From the NCBI RefSeq assembly GCF_009914755.1, contig NC_060927.1: 64,000 nt of DNA, one strand, 5' to 3'. The notes below the pieces were generated by a model, which saw nothing but the letters and a program-made list of their open reading frames with translations, was not told the origin of the DNA and made no database searches. Below are positions 1 to 12,244 of the stretch, piece after piece. The position numbers were made by a program, and so were the translations under genes. Source of the DNA: the human T2T-CHM13v2.0 reference genome, Homo sapiens. Position 1 is the first letter of the stretch, and every line of letters starts with the position of its first letter.

Positions 1-2237
1 TTTTTCACTATTTCCATCTCTTTGTTAAATTTATCTGATAGGATTCTGAATTCCTTCTCTGTGTTATCTCTAATTTCTTTGTGTTTCTTCAAAACAGCTA
101 TTTTGACTTCTCTGTCTGAAAGGTCACATATTTCTGTCTCCTTGGAATTAGTCCTTAGTCTCTTATTTAGTTTGTTTGGTGAGGTCATGTTTTCCTACAT
201 GGCCTTGATGCTTGTGGATGTTGTTTAGTGTCTGGACATTGAAGAGTTATTTATTGTAGTCTTCACAGTTTGGGCTTCACAGATGTACCCATCCTTCTTG
301 GGAAGGCTTTCCAGGTATTCAAAAGAAATTGGGTATTGTGATCTAAATTTTTAGTCATTGCAGCTGTATCTGCTTCAGGGAACACCCCAAGCCCAGTAAT
401 GCTCAGATTCATAGAGATACCACCTTGATGGTCTTAGGTAAGATCCAGAAGTGTTCTGTGGATTACCAGACAGAGACTCTTGTTCTCTTCCCTTACTTTC
501 TCCCAGACAAACGGAGTCTCTCTCTTTGTGCTGTGCTGCCTGGAGCTAGGGGAGGGTGACACAAGCACCCCTGTGGGTACCAACACTGAAACTACACTGG
601 GTCAGACACAGCACTGGATCTTGCCCAGTAACTACTACCTGGCTACCACCTATGTTTGTTCAAGGCCCTCTACAATCAGCAGGTGGGAAAGCCAGCAAGG
701 CTTGTGTCCTTCCTTTCAGGTCAGTGAGTTCTCCCAGGCCCTCGGTGGGTCCAGAGATGCAGTCTGGTAGCCAGGGCCTGGAGTTGGAAACCTTAGAAAT
801 CTACCTGGTGCTCTATTCTACCAACTGAGTTGGCACACAAATCGTAAGACAAAGTCCTTCCCACTTTCCCTCCCCTTTCCATGGGGAGTGGAGTCTCTCT
901 CCATAGCTGTCACCATTATAGGCCCACAGAGAGTACTGCCAGACTACCACCAATGTTCACTTAGGGCCCAACAGCTCTTCAGTCAGCTTCTGGTGAATGC
1001 TGCCAGGCCTGACACTCACCCTTCAGGGCAGTGGGCTCCCCTCTGATCTAGGGCAGGTCCAGAAATGCCATCTAAGAGCCAAGACCTAGAATCAGGGACT
1101 CCCTCAAAGCCTATTTGGTGCCCTACCCCACTGTGGCTGAGCTGGCACCTGGGTTGCAGGACAAAGTCCCCTTTACTCTTCCCTATGCTTTTTCTCAAGC
1201 AGAATGAGTCTCTTCTCATAGCCATCACTGCTGGAAATGTGCTGGGTCACACTGGAAGCCAGCACATCTCAGAGTTTCACCCAAGGCCCACAGCATGTAT
1301 TACCGGGCTACCACTGCTGATTTTTCAGGGCCCAAGGGCTCTTTAGTCAGCAGGTGATTAATCCTGCCCAGGACTGGGTCCTTTCTTTCAAGGCAGCAGT
1401 TTCCCTTCTGGTGCAGGGTGTACCTAGCAATATCATTTGAGAGCTAGGGCCTGGAATGGGGGCCTCACAACTCTGTCTAATGCCCTATCCTGTTGTGGCT
1501 GAGCTGATATCCAAGTTGCAAGACAAAGTCCTCTTTACTCCTCCCTCTCCTCTCCTCAAGTGGAAGAAAGGAGTTTCTTTTGGAGCAGCAAGCTGCGCTA
1601 CCTGAGGTTGGGGGAGGAGTGGTAAAGCACTCTCTTGGCTGCCCTGTCTGGTGTCTCACTAGGTTGCATGTCCCCCAGATCCACTGGCTCTGAGCCCAGC
1701 ACATGAGTAGGACTTGACTAGGACTTGCAGTCCTTGTGGCCTAGACTGCCTTTCAAGTTTATTTAGGAACCCAGAGCCCTTTACCCAGCAGTGGCAAGGC
1801 TTACCAAAACTCAAGTTCTGATTGCTGAGATGGGTAATGCCCCTCTTGCTAGGGCCTGTCTATGCTTCCTCCGTGGACATCAGCTGAGTTCAGCTTGGTG
1901 TTGCTTTCTACTGTGACAGCACAGCACTGAGTTTCAATGTAAAGTCCTTCAGTCACTGCATTGTCCTCCCACAAGCATACATATTCTGTCTTCATGCCAT
2001 GCGGCTGTTGCCAGAAGGATGGGAGTGAGGTGGTGTCAGTAATTCAAGGGTGTCTTTCCTGCCCTCTTCAATGCCTCTTTCAGTGATATGAAGTTAAAAC
2101 CAGGTACTGTGATCACTCACCTGATTTTTTGTTCTTATGAAGGTGCTTTTTTGTGTGGATAGTTGTTAAGTTTGGTGTTCCTGTTGCGGGGACAATCAGT
2201 GGAGGCTTCTACTCAGCCATCTCACTGTGCCTCCCTC
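1..2237 (-). mobile_element. Old L1 (L1MA/L1PB-type) 5'UTR and start of ORF1; continues off the left edge of the window
   Basis: The minus strand begins gagggaggcacagtgagatggctgagtagaag, an L1 5' start like ...AAGATGGCCGAATAG. The segment is colinear with the L1 5' region at about 44500-46465. Confidence 0.85.
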
Positions 2238-2667
2238 ATAAAAAAAAAAAGGTTTTGAAAGTAATGAAAGAAAAATGAAAAATGTGGAATGCTTCACAGA
2301 ACTACAAACTCATCACGTTAGTGCCCATTGCTGGCACCCTAAAAATGTAAAGTTCTTATTTAGCCCAACTGAAGGAAGAAAAATGCCCAGTATGGATCAA
2401 AAATGTACAAATGTCTGATGTAAAGTCATTGGGTGTTGAACTAAGCAGCAGCCTGAAAAAAAAAATCACTGTCTACTGCTACACCTAGGAAATGTAGCCT
2501 CCACTCTTCTCCCGGTAGACTGCTAGGGTTTCCGGGTCACTGCACTTTGCCTATTGAAGAGAAGAGAAACAAAAACACTCCAACAACCAATTATCTCTCC
2601 TTGTTTTTATTGTACCAAAGCAGACTTAATCTCCTTGCCCCTTTTTAACCTTCCTTTTCATGCAGAT

Positions 2668-2749
2668 GAGAGAGAGAGAGAGACAGAGAGAGAGAGAAAG
2701 GAAGGAAGGAAGGAAGGGAGGGAGGGAGGGAGGGAGGGAGGGAGGGAGG
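2668..2749. repeat. Compound polypurine microsatellite (GA)n-(GGAA)n-(GGGA)n
   Basis: Directly visible. Confidence 0.95.
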
Positions 2750-2791
2750 ATGGGAATTTATAAAGACTTTATAAAGATGTAAGAAAATCTC

Positions 2792-3365
<574 letters not shown>

Positions 3366-3649
3366 TTTCAATTTTACCAGTCCACATCATAAAGGGAGAT
3401 CAAGATGTATTGTTAGGTTTGAACCTGTTTCTTAATTTCCAACATCAGTCTTCTAATAGACAGCCATCATCTTATATTTTTCTATGAATTACCTTGGAAA
3501 GGAGTGGGGAAGACCATATATTTTCCATTTCTACAGCCCTGCCCTGGAACACACACAAGCCTGTACTGAAAATCACCTGTGAGAAGCCAAACAGAAAGTC
3601 AGCAAAACTGTTAGAACCACTGGCTATTTGATGAATAGCTTGATGGTAC

Positions 3650-4025
3650 TGATTCCCTCCTCAAGTAGGGAACAACAAATGGGTAACTTGTTCCCCATAT
3701 TCATATAGATAATAGCTCCAGCTTTGGCTAATATGTCCCTCCCTAATAACGGTGTGGGACTTTCAGGCATAACAAGAAAGGCATGTGAAAAGACCAAAGT
3801 CTCCCAATTACAACTGAGGAGGTGGGAGAAATACCTGGTTACAAGCTGTCCCAGGATTCCTAGGATGGTAATGGACCTTGAGGACAGCTGTCCAGGGCAG
3901 GAGATTAACACTGAGAAGGCCATGCCAGTGTCCAGGAGGAAGTCAATTTCCTGGCCCTCAATGGTTAAACGTACCCGGGGCTCAGTGAGGGTGATGACAT
4001 GAGCTGGCGCTTACCCCAGGCACCC
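3650..4025 (-). pseudogene. ERV aspartic protease (pro) remnant
   Basis: Reads IDFLLDTGMAFSVL...PLLGRDILAK. DTG codons at 3932-3924. Follows the gag TGA at 4028-4026. Confidence 0.9.
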
Positions 4026-5454
4026 TCAGTTCTGTTGTTGGATCATCCGGTTGGGGGCTTCTGGCCCAAAGAAACTTTGCCCTCTGGGGCAGTGCGCCTT
4101 CCAGTGATTGCCTTGGCATAGTGGACATGGGCGAGGGGGCAGCTTGTTTCTCTTTGGACAATGTTTTTTAAGGTGTCCTTGCAAACCACAATGATAACAA
4201 GCCCTACCAGGTTATTGGCCTGCTCCATTTTCTGTCCTCTCTGAACCACCAAGGTTTGTTTGTCTGAGGGCCATGACTAAGGCTGCAGCCTTTCTCTGAT
4301 TTCACTTTTCCTTTTTGCCTGCTCCTCTTGGTCCCTATTATAGAACACTGAGGTTGCCAGGTTTAATAATGCCTCCAGATTTTTTTCAGGGCCCAGGGCT
4401 TGCTTTTGGAACTTTCTCCTGATATCTGTGCCAGATTGGATAATAAACTTATCTTTTAGGATAAATTGACCCTTGAGTGAGTCAGGTGACAGGGGAGTAT
4501 ATTTTCCTAAGGCCTCCCATAGCCACTCGAGGAAGGCAGAAGGATTTTCTTCCTTTCCCTAAGTTATCGCGGACATCATCGAATAATTCATGGGCTTTTT
4601 CCTAATTCTCCTTAGTCCTTCTAGAACACAGGTCAGCAGATGTTTATGAATCCAGTCCCCGTGATCTGAGTCTAGGTCCCAGTGGGGATGCATACTGGGA
4701 ACAGCTTGCTCACTGGTAGGGAATTTGTCCCTTTCTTCAGCTGTCATTCTATCATTTACTTGACTAAGATACCAGGTATCTCCAAATTCTCAGGCTGCAG
4801 CTAAAGCCGCATTCTTTTCATTAAAGGCCATGGTTTGATCTAACAATAGCATGACGTCTCTCCAAGTGAAGTCGAAGATTTGCCCTAGGTCTACCTTGGC
4901 AAGATCAGGTCTACCTTGATCTGCTTTAAATCAGAGAGAGAGAAGGGGACATATACCCGGGTTGGGCTAAATTCCCTTCCCCTTACAGCTTGAAGAGGAC
5001 ATAACCAATAGCCCAGGGATTTTTGTGGTCCCTTGGAGATTTCTTTACTTATTTCCTTCTGGGTGGGGGAGATTAAAGGAGGCTTATCATTAACAGGAAG
5101 GGGAGCTGTAGGAAGGCTAGGATATGGAGGTAAGCTGAGAGGTCCTCCTGTGGGATGTAGATTGCAAACTTTGCATAGTTGTGGATTATCTTTCAATGAA
5201 AAGAAGGGTTGGACATAAGGTATTTCACTCCATTTGCCTTCCCTCTTACAGAAAAGGTCAAGCTGCAGGATAGTATTGTAATTTATACTTCCCTCAGGTG
5301 GCCATTTTTCCCCATCAGAGAGAGAATATTGGGGCCAGACCATGGTGCAGAAAAAAATGAGCCACTTCTTTTTCAAAGTTTGTGGGTCAAATTGGCCCCA
5401 ATGGCTTAGGATGCATTTCAAGGGTGAACCTGTTGATGCCTGAGTGTTTCCCAG
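4026..5454 (-). pseudogene. ERV9 gag, disrupted
   Basis: CYHCGLQGHLKKHC and CPLCQGNHWKAHC knuckles near 4085-4200. The expected start codon reads CTG (5454-5452). Frame disruptions include a deletion near 4890. Confidence 0.9.
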
Positions 5455-6690
5455 CTGAAAAAAAAAATGCCCGTGGTTTTGATTTGTTTGTTTCCCCCCC
5501 CCCCCCCCGAGCAAGAACCTGCAATGGTCCCTGGACCCTGCTGATCAGAATAGTTGTGCTCACTGATGCAGTAGCAGATCCCCCTCTTGCCCAAGAACCC
5601 ATAACAGTCCCTGGACCCTGCTGATCAGAATAGTTGAGCTCACCAATGCAGCAGCAGAAATGCTAGTTTTCCTCCTAGACCACAAAGAGGACCAATGAAG
5701 GTCAGATTTAGTGGCCCTTACCAACACATTCTCGAAGACCTGCACCCTTGTCTTTCCTCTTAGACCACAAACAGGACAGAAAAATCGGATTTAGTGACCC
5801 TTACTGATGAATTCTCAAAACCTGTTAGAGTCCTAAGCATTTTCCCCTGTTAGTACTGGGACCTTACCTTTCTCCTATAAGATGATATGCCTCAAAATGG
5901 AGCAGAGGACCATACCATGAGGGAGGGAAGGGATCTCCAGGGTTGGAGGAGTGATGCCTTTTGTCCACACTTCTCATCATATGAATAGGAAGGATATAAT
6001 TTCTGAGAATTCCCATATCCTAGCTTCAGGAATAGCCTTTGTTAGGCCTGCTAGTCTGAGAAGGGATCCTAAAATTCCAGATAGTCCCCAGCAACAGGGC
6101 CTTGGGCAAAAATTATATCTTTCTAATTGGTGATCCCAGGTGCCTAAAGAAGGGAACAGAGTCCCAAAATTTATACTAGAAATCATTCTTATAGGAGAAA
6201 CTAGAAGAGCACCAGAGACAGGAGTGGTTTTTAGAAGCATGACTAGCCTCAGAGAAGAGAGGCAGAAGGAAGTTTGTCTGACAGGCATTAGGACCCAGGA
6301 GGCAAGGGTCAGAACAGATAGGACAGATGGGCGAGTCTCACTTGGGTGATGTAACTTTAAGAGTTCCACTCATGGCTGCAGGGCCAACCAACTTTTTTTC
6401 GGGACCCGAGAGCTGAATGGCTTCCCTCTCTGTTGACCCTCAGCTCAGTCCAGAAGTATAGGAAAAGCAGAAGCTGGTTCCAGGCAAACCAATGCTTCCA
6501 ACTCTGAAGAGTCGGGGGTGGTTAGAGAGCCCTTTCCCAGAAAGGCTGACACCCATGTGTTTAGTCCAGCGGCTGCACTAGTCACTTTTAACTGGCCAAC
6601 AGGTGTCTGATGTTTAGCCTCCGAATTCTAAGGAAAAATAGGACAGAACAGCAAGCAAAAGGGTTCTGATGGTACTCACCACGTGGCGAT

Positions 6691-6708
6691 ACCCCGGATA
6701 AGCCCCCA
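6691..6708 (-). promoter_or_regulatory. Primer binding site, tRNA-Pro-like
   Basis: TGGGGGCTTATCCGGGGT lies 3 nt after the LTR end and matches PBS-Pro TGGGGGCTCGTCCGGGAT at 15/18. A splice donor G|GTGAGT follows at 6680/6679. Confidence 0.8.
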
Positions 6709-6711
6709 AGA

Positions 6712-7321
6712 TGTGTCTGGAGTTGGTTCCTTCTGGTGGGTTCATGATCTCACTAACTTCAAGAATGAAGCCACGGGCCTCCGTGGTGAGTGTTACAGCT
6801 CTTAAAGGTGGCACAGACCCAAAGAGTGAGCAGCCGCAAGATTTATTGTGAAGAGCGAAAGAACAAAGCTTCCACAGCATGGAAGGGGACCCAGGTGGGT
6901 TGCTGCTGCTGGCTGGGGTGGCCAGCTTTTATTCCCTTATTTGTCCCCTCCCATGTCTGTTTCTGTCCTATCAGAATGCCTTTTTTCCAATCCTCCCTGT
7001 GACTGGCTACTCTTAGACTCCTGCTGAATGGTCCATTTTATAAAGTGCTGATTGGTCCATTTTACAGAGTGCTGATTGGTCCATTTTACAGGGTGCTGAT
7101 TGGTACATCTTACACAGTGCTGATTGGTACATTTTACAAACCTCTCACTCCCTACAGAGCACTGATAGGTGTGTTTTTACAGAGTGCAGATTGGTGCATT
7201 TTACAAACCTCTTGCTAGCTACAGAGCGCTGATTGGTGCATTTTACAATCCCCTTGTAAGACAGAAAAGTTCTCCAAGTCCCCACTCGACCCAGGAAGTC
7301 CGGCTGGCTCTTCACCTATCA
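6712..7321 (-). mobile_element. 5' LTR12 of the ERV9 provirus
   Basis: TG...CA ends, LTR12-type start tgataggtgaag..ggacttcctgggtcgagtggggacttggagaac, and tandem CCAAT units at about 7020-7240. Confidence 0.93.
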
Positions 7322-7447
7322 GTAGCAGTGGCAACTCAGACAATACACCCTGCCTATTTCTTCTGCAAGGAGCACAGCAGAAAGGTCAAAGAAGCAAGCG
7401 CTAAGATTTGACTTATATTTATCTGAGAATGATGAGGTAATATATCT

Positions 7448-7563
7448 CTTGCTAACTACTTTTTAGATACAGGAGGAAGATAGAGCAGGCATCTCTTTGT
7501 CACTTGCTAACTACTTTTTAGATATAGGAGGAAGATAAAGCAGGCATCTCTTTGTCACTTGCT
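7448..7563. repeat. 55-bp tandem duplication (2.1 copies)
   Basis: Units 7448-7502 and 7503-7557 differ at 2 positions. Junction motif cttgct. Confidence 0.95.
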
Positions 7564-8269
7564 TCTTGGAAAGCCCAGCATGAAGTACAGTATTCCAATG
7601 ATAGAGAGCCATAGTCTTATCCAGTTCTGTCCAGAGTCTTATACATGCATATTTATTGTGCTCATAAAAGTTTAAAACTCCCTTGGGCACTTGGCACTGA
7701 CCATTACCCAATACAGAGCCTCTATTTTCAGGGAGTTTACAGTGTGGCACACTATATCCCTTCAATCAGAACTAGATATTTGTTAATAGGAATTAAAGAA
7801 CTCCTCTCTTTCCAAACATGATCACAACCCCCATGTGGTCTGAACCTTAAGGACTACACTTTGGAACTCGTGGACAAACTCTACATTTATTACTGACTCA
7901 ACCTGCCCAAAAACATATGCAAAATTTCAATTTAATTGTGTCTCTACCCTGCCTAAAAACTTTCGATGACACAGATTTGCCCAAGGATAAATATAAAACT
8001 CTTTAGCCTTGAGTTCTGAGCCTTTAATAATGTGATGAGAGATGAACAGATCTGCCATCTCCAGCTCCAGCTCTGCTCAGAAGCAAGGTTGGTCTTCACA
8101 TCACTAATCATTAAACTATTAGTAGGTGGTCAATAAATATTTTATGCAAATGAATTGCAGAGTGGGATAAAATTAGCACAGTGGTTAAAAACATGGGCTT
8201 CCTCTTCACTTACAGAATGTATACTTTTATGTGTACATATTACATTTCAATTCAAAAAGTTTTTTTAAT

Positions 8270-8480
8270 GAGTTCTCAAGCAACTTTGGGTAAAAATCTC
8301 TATTTTGCCACTTTCTGGTAATTATATTGAGCAAGTCATTTCATACTTTATCTCTCTAAGATTCATCTGTAAAGAGGAGACATTATATTACCCAGTATTG
8401 TGGTGAGGATTTCATGAGATACATGTGAAGCACTTAGCACAGTGCTGAACACACAATAAGAGCTTAACAAATACTGGTTA
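8270..8480 (+). mobile_element. MIR
   Basis: gagcaagtcatt...catctgtaaag...gtgaggatt...gcacttagcacagtg. Confidence 0.7.
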
Positions 8481-8856
8481 CAGTTGATATAAATGAATGA
8501 ATATCAATTTCCATCTAAACTCTGGACATTTCTTCCACTAATTGAGCACATGCTATATTCAACAACCATGGTAGATATTGTTCCAGCAACGTATTGGTTA
8601 AACCCCTGCTGATAGCTTGAGTCCCTTCTAACATCTGCTGTACAAGTAATAATATTTTTCTCTCTCGGGAAAAAGTAGATAGAAAACTGTAATTGTTGTC
8701 TCTTTTCCTGAAGTAAGGCAAAGATGTCTCTATGCAGCTTTCCCAGAGGTAAATATTGCATTGTATAACAGATGGAACAGATAATGCTGGCAAATTCACA
8801 TGTGAAGATTCTATCTACAACAGCTGCTATTAAACTTCAGCTTCCACCTTAATCAC

Positions 8857-9291
8857 TATTATAGGTTGAATTGTGTTCCTCAATAAAATGTTGAAGTCCT
8901 AATCCCCAGTATCTACGAATCTGACTTTACAAAAATAGGAGTTAACAATGATCAAATTAAGATGAGGTCATTAGAGTGGCTCCTCATCCAATATGACTAG
9001 TATCTTTATAAAAAGGGGAAATTTGGACACAAAGAGAAAAGACAATGTGAAGACACAGAGAAAAGGGGCCATGTGACTGGAACGAGGCATCTACAAGACA
9101 AAGAACACCAAGGATTGCCAACAACACCAGAATCCCAGAGAGGAAAAAAGGATCCACTAGAGCCTTTAGAAGAAGCATGCCCTTGCAGACACCTATATTT
9201 CAGACTTCTAGCCTCCATAACTATGGGGTGAATCTCTTTTGTTTTAACCAGTTTGCGTACCTTTTTACTGAAGCCCTAACAAACTAATGCA
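8857..9291 (+). mobile_element. MLT1 (MLT1B/C-like) MaLR solo LTR
   Basis: ggttgaattgtg...ttaagatgaggtcattagag...ccaatatgactag...cagacttctagcctcc...aaactaatgca. Confidence 0.85.
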
Positions 9292-9667
9292 ATCACCGTT
9301 ACCAATACCCCGTTTGGGGCTGGCAATCTGCAGTGATTTAAAAGCTCCTGTAGCATATGGCCATCATGTAGGGCTTGTGCAAACGGCATGCTCAAGAGTG
9401 AGGCTAAATGATAAACTGTGTGCTTTTTAAATAAACAGTATAGTATCAGGCATTAAGGACTAGCTGGAGAGAGATGAACTATCAAACTTCAGCACTGCAA
9501 AAGCCTCGTTAAAAGAACTACTCAGCAAGAGAGTTTTCCTTGAGAGGTTTTTAACTAAAAGGTTCTAAATTAAAGAGGTTCTAAAATGATGTAGAACATA
9601 GATTTTCAATAAGAATGAGACAAATGCCAAGCATTTAGATGTGGGAGAGGTGAGAATGGAATACAAT

Positions 9668-9888
9668 AGGGATTGGCAAACTATGGCCTGCAGACCAAAT
9701 TTGCCCACCACCCCATCTGTTTTTGTAAAGTTCAATGGAACACAATATGCTCATTTATTTACATATTGTCTATGGCTGTTTTTGTGCTACAACAGTAAAG
9801 TCAAGTCATCCTTACAGAGACCACAGGGCCTGCAAAGCCTAAAATATTTACTATCTGGCTAGTTACATAAAAAGTTGACTGAACCCTA
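9668..9888 (+). mobile_element. MER58A-like hAT-Charlie MITE
   Basis: agggattggcaaactatggcc...gcaaagcctaaaatatttactatctggc...aaccct. Confidence 0.85.
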
Positions 9889-9909
9889 GAGTGGGAAAAT
9901 GATCTATAT

Positions 9910-10070
9910 CAATGGTTCTCAAACTTTAGTGGGTACCAGAATCACCTGGAGGCCTTGTTAAAATTCAGATTGCTGAGTGCCCTAGATTTTCTGACTAAAA
10001 ATATCTGGGGGTAGGGCCTGAGCATTTGTATTTCTAACAAGTTCCAATGGCCACACTTTGAGAACTGCCG
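9910..10070. mobile_element. MER5A hAT-Charlie MITE
   Basis: Terminal inverted repeats ggttctcaaactt...ctttgagaac; internal cagaatcacctggagg. Confidence 0.85.
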
Positions 10071-10184
10071 CTTTAAGTTTATGCTGACCAATGCACCAAT
10101 TTAAGCGTGATGTAAGACAGGAGTGGGGAATAAGGAAGGGCAGTTAATTTTAAAATTGCATTTGATTTTGAAAAATGAACACAG

Positions 10185-10456
10185 TTGGAAGATTTACACT
10201 ATTGATTTAAAACTTCCTAGTAAGCAACAGTAATCAAGACAGTGTAGTATTGTCACCAATAACAGACAATAGATCGATGAAACAGAGTAGAGAGTCTGGG
10301 ATTAAACCATCACATATATAGTGAACTAAACTTTGACAAGGTGAAAAGATAATTCAGTGAAAAAAGAATTGTCTTTTCAACAAATGATGATGGAACAGTT
10401 GGATATCCATTAACAACAACAAAAAAACGAACTTTGATTCATTCCTTACACCTTAT
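10185..10456 (+). mobile_element. Old L1M ORF2 3' fragment
   Basis: aagcaacagtaatcaagacagtgtagtattg...gtcttttcaacaaatgatgatggaac. Confidence 0.75.
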
Positions 10457-10459
10457 ATT

Positions 10460-10945
10460 TAGTACAAAAAGGAGAATAGCCAGCTTTCTCTTCATGGTTT
10501 GTAGGAAAAATAAACCCAGAAGCAGATGAAGTCAGTCACTGTTGCATGAACTACATGTCAACATTTTTATAAGATGGAAAAGTTGAAAAAGTTTGAAGAA
10601 GGTGGCAATGTAGTGCTCTATGCCATTCACCCAAACTCTGCATTTGCATCAGAAGAATACTGCTGAGACTCTAACACGAAGACTTCAACAGAATCTTAAT
10701 CTCAAATTCAAATTTTGTTAAAAAGAATTATTCGATGCCCTTAAGGAGAGAGGATACTTTATGGCTGAATAAACACCTTGCTCCTTATAACAGTTTTTCA
10801 CCCCCATCATGCAGAATTTTGCTAACTACTAAGGATTTTGCCACCATCAGCAGCAACGAGTATTGCAGATGCTCTGCGATCTATACCAGGATTCTCTAAT
10901 ACACAAGGAAATCCCCTCATCATGCATTTGACAAAATGATGGTCA
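10460..10945 (+). pseudogene. Possible decayed hAT transposase C-terminal coding fragment
   Basis: Manual translation across frameshifts gives hAT-like motifs in the expected order (see findings). Not verified by a search. Confidence 0.3.
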
Positions 10946-11199
10946 GCACACATGAGTCTATAAGTAGGTCTCCAGAACAGGAGATAAATCAAAAAGGAAA
11001 GGGTAAATTAACTTTTTGAGGTGGTGGTTAGCTAACAGTTAGACTTGAGTTTCATAGATGTGTTTACATGGGCCAAAGAAACCCAAGGGTCATCTGAATC
11101 ATTCAGGCCAAATGATTACATCTAAATTAGACCAGACAATTATGTCAAAAATAAATTAATATTTTTTATTGTTTACTTGCCTGGACACTGAAATACAAG

Positions 11200-12040
11200 T
11201 GTCTCTATTCTTAGGAGAATCTGAATGTAGATGAGAAAATAGATAACCCTCTGATATGGAAGCACAAAGAGGCAGTACTCAACATTGCCCTGGCCCAAAA
11301 GGCTTCAAACTAACAGCAAGTTTTAAAGAATGACTGATGTTCCAGATAAATGGGCTTGTGAGGTGGGGAGGAGATGGAGCTGTAGGCTGGGAAGCACATG
11401 CTACACACAGGAACAGCATGTTCAGAGGTAAGAAAAAGCACAAGCTAAGTTCAGGAAAAAGCAAGTTCTTCCATATACCTGAAACATCAGGTACCAGAAG
11501 GTGTAGAGAGGAATGAGACAGTAGTCCAACCACGATATCCTTCTGTGCCAGTCAGAGGAAAGCATACTCCACCCTTTGAGGCACCTTAAATCACTTTTAA
11601 GAAGTGATGCTATCAAATGTATGTTTTAGAAAGATCACATTGAAGGCAATATGACGGGTTGAATGTGGCAAGAACTGAGGCAGAGACTGGTTAGAAAGTT
11701 TCTGTAGGAAACAGACTTCAAATAAGACAGTAGCCAATGCAAGTAGGGGGATGGAACGAAAAATACTTAAATGAAATCTTGATTTGATTTCAAATATTTA
11801 GAAAATTCAATTAGCAATACATAGAAGTTGATTGAACTTTGCAGACAAAGGGAAAGAGACGTTATTAAAGATGACTCCCAGATTTCCGTTTTGGGGAAAC
11901 TGAGTGAATAGTGGTGTCAGTCCCACAATTAAAAATACAAGGAGAGACATGCAGGAAATATGATAAGCTTGATTTTAGACACGTTGAGTTTTTAATGTCT
12001 ATAAAATTTACACATGTGCTTTCCAGGTATTCACTAAAAA
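11200..12040 (-). mobile_element. L2 fragment(s)
   Basis: ttttagaaagatcac...gaggcagagactggttagaaag; aagatgactcccagattt; ttttagacacgttgag. Confidence 0.65.
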
Positions 12041-12061
12041 CTAGGACCTAAAATCCACCTG

Positions 12062-12244
12062 ATAATAGCAGCACACTTTTTGAGTCCCAGGCATTCTTCT
12101 GAGAACTTTCCTTATACAACTCATTTAAATCTTTATAGCAACTCTATAAGAAAGGTAAGATTATTAGCTCTGCTTTACAGATGAGGAAAGTGAGGTTCAG
12201 ATGGGGTTAAGTTACTTGCCTAAGATCACACAGCTAAGAATAAG
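12062..12244 (-). mobile_element. MIR, interrupted by an L1PA
   Basis: ttacagatgaggaaagtgaggttcag...ttaagttacttgcctaagatcacacagct. Confidence 0.8.

Larger units (their letters stand above)
3650..6711 (-). mobile_element. ERV9 (HERV9/HERV-W group) internal region: leader, gag, pro; truncated before RT
   Basis: Gag-like ORF 4891-5514 ([25 protein letters not shown]), two CCHC knuckles, protease DTG, and an adjacent LTR12. Confidence 0.92.

Noticed and set aside
1-2237. Similarity to 44500-46465 as a segmental duplication
   Set aside because: Both are independent copies of related L1 5' ends and their flanks are unrelated.
5520-5810. Direct repeats in the ERV leader as a locus-specific array
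   Set aside because: Tandem repeats upstream of gag are a normal ERV9 leader feature as I recall it, and there are only two copies of each unit.
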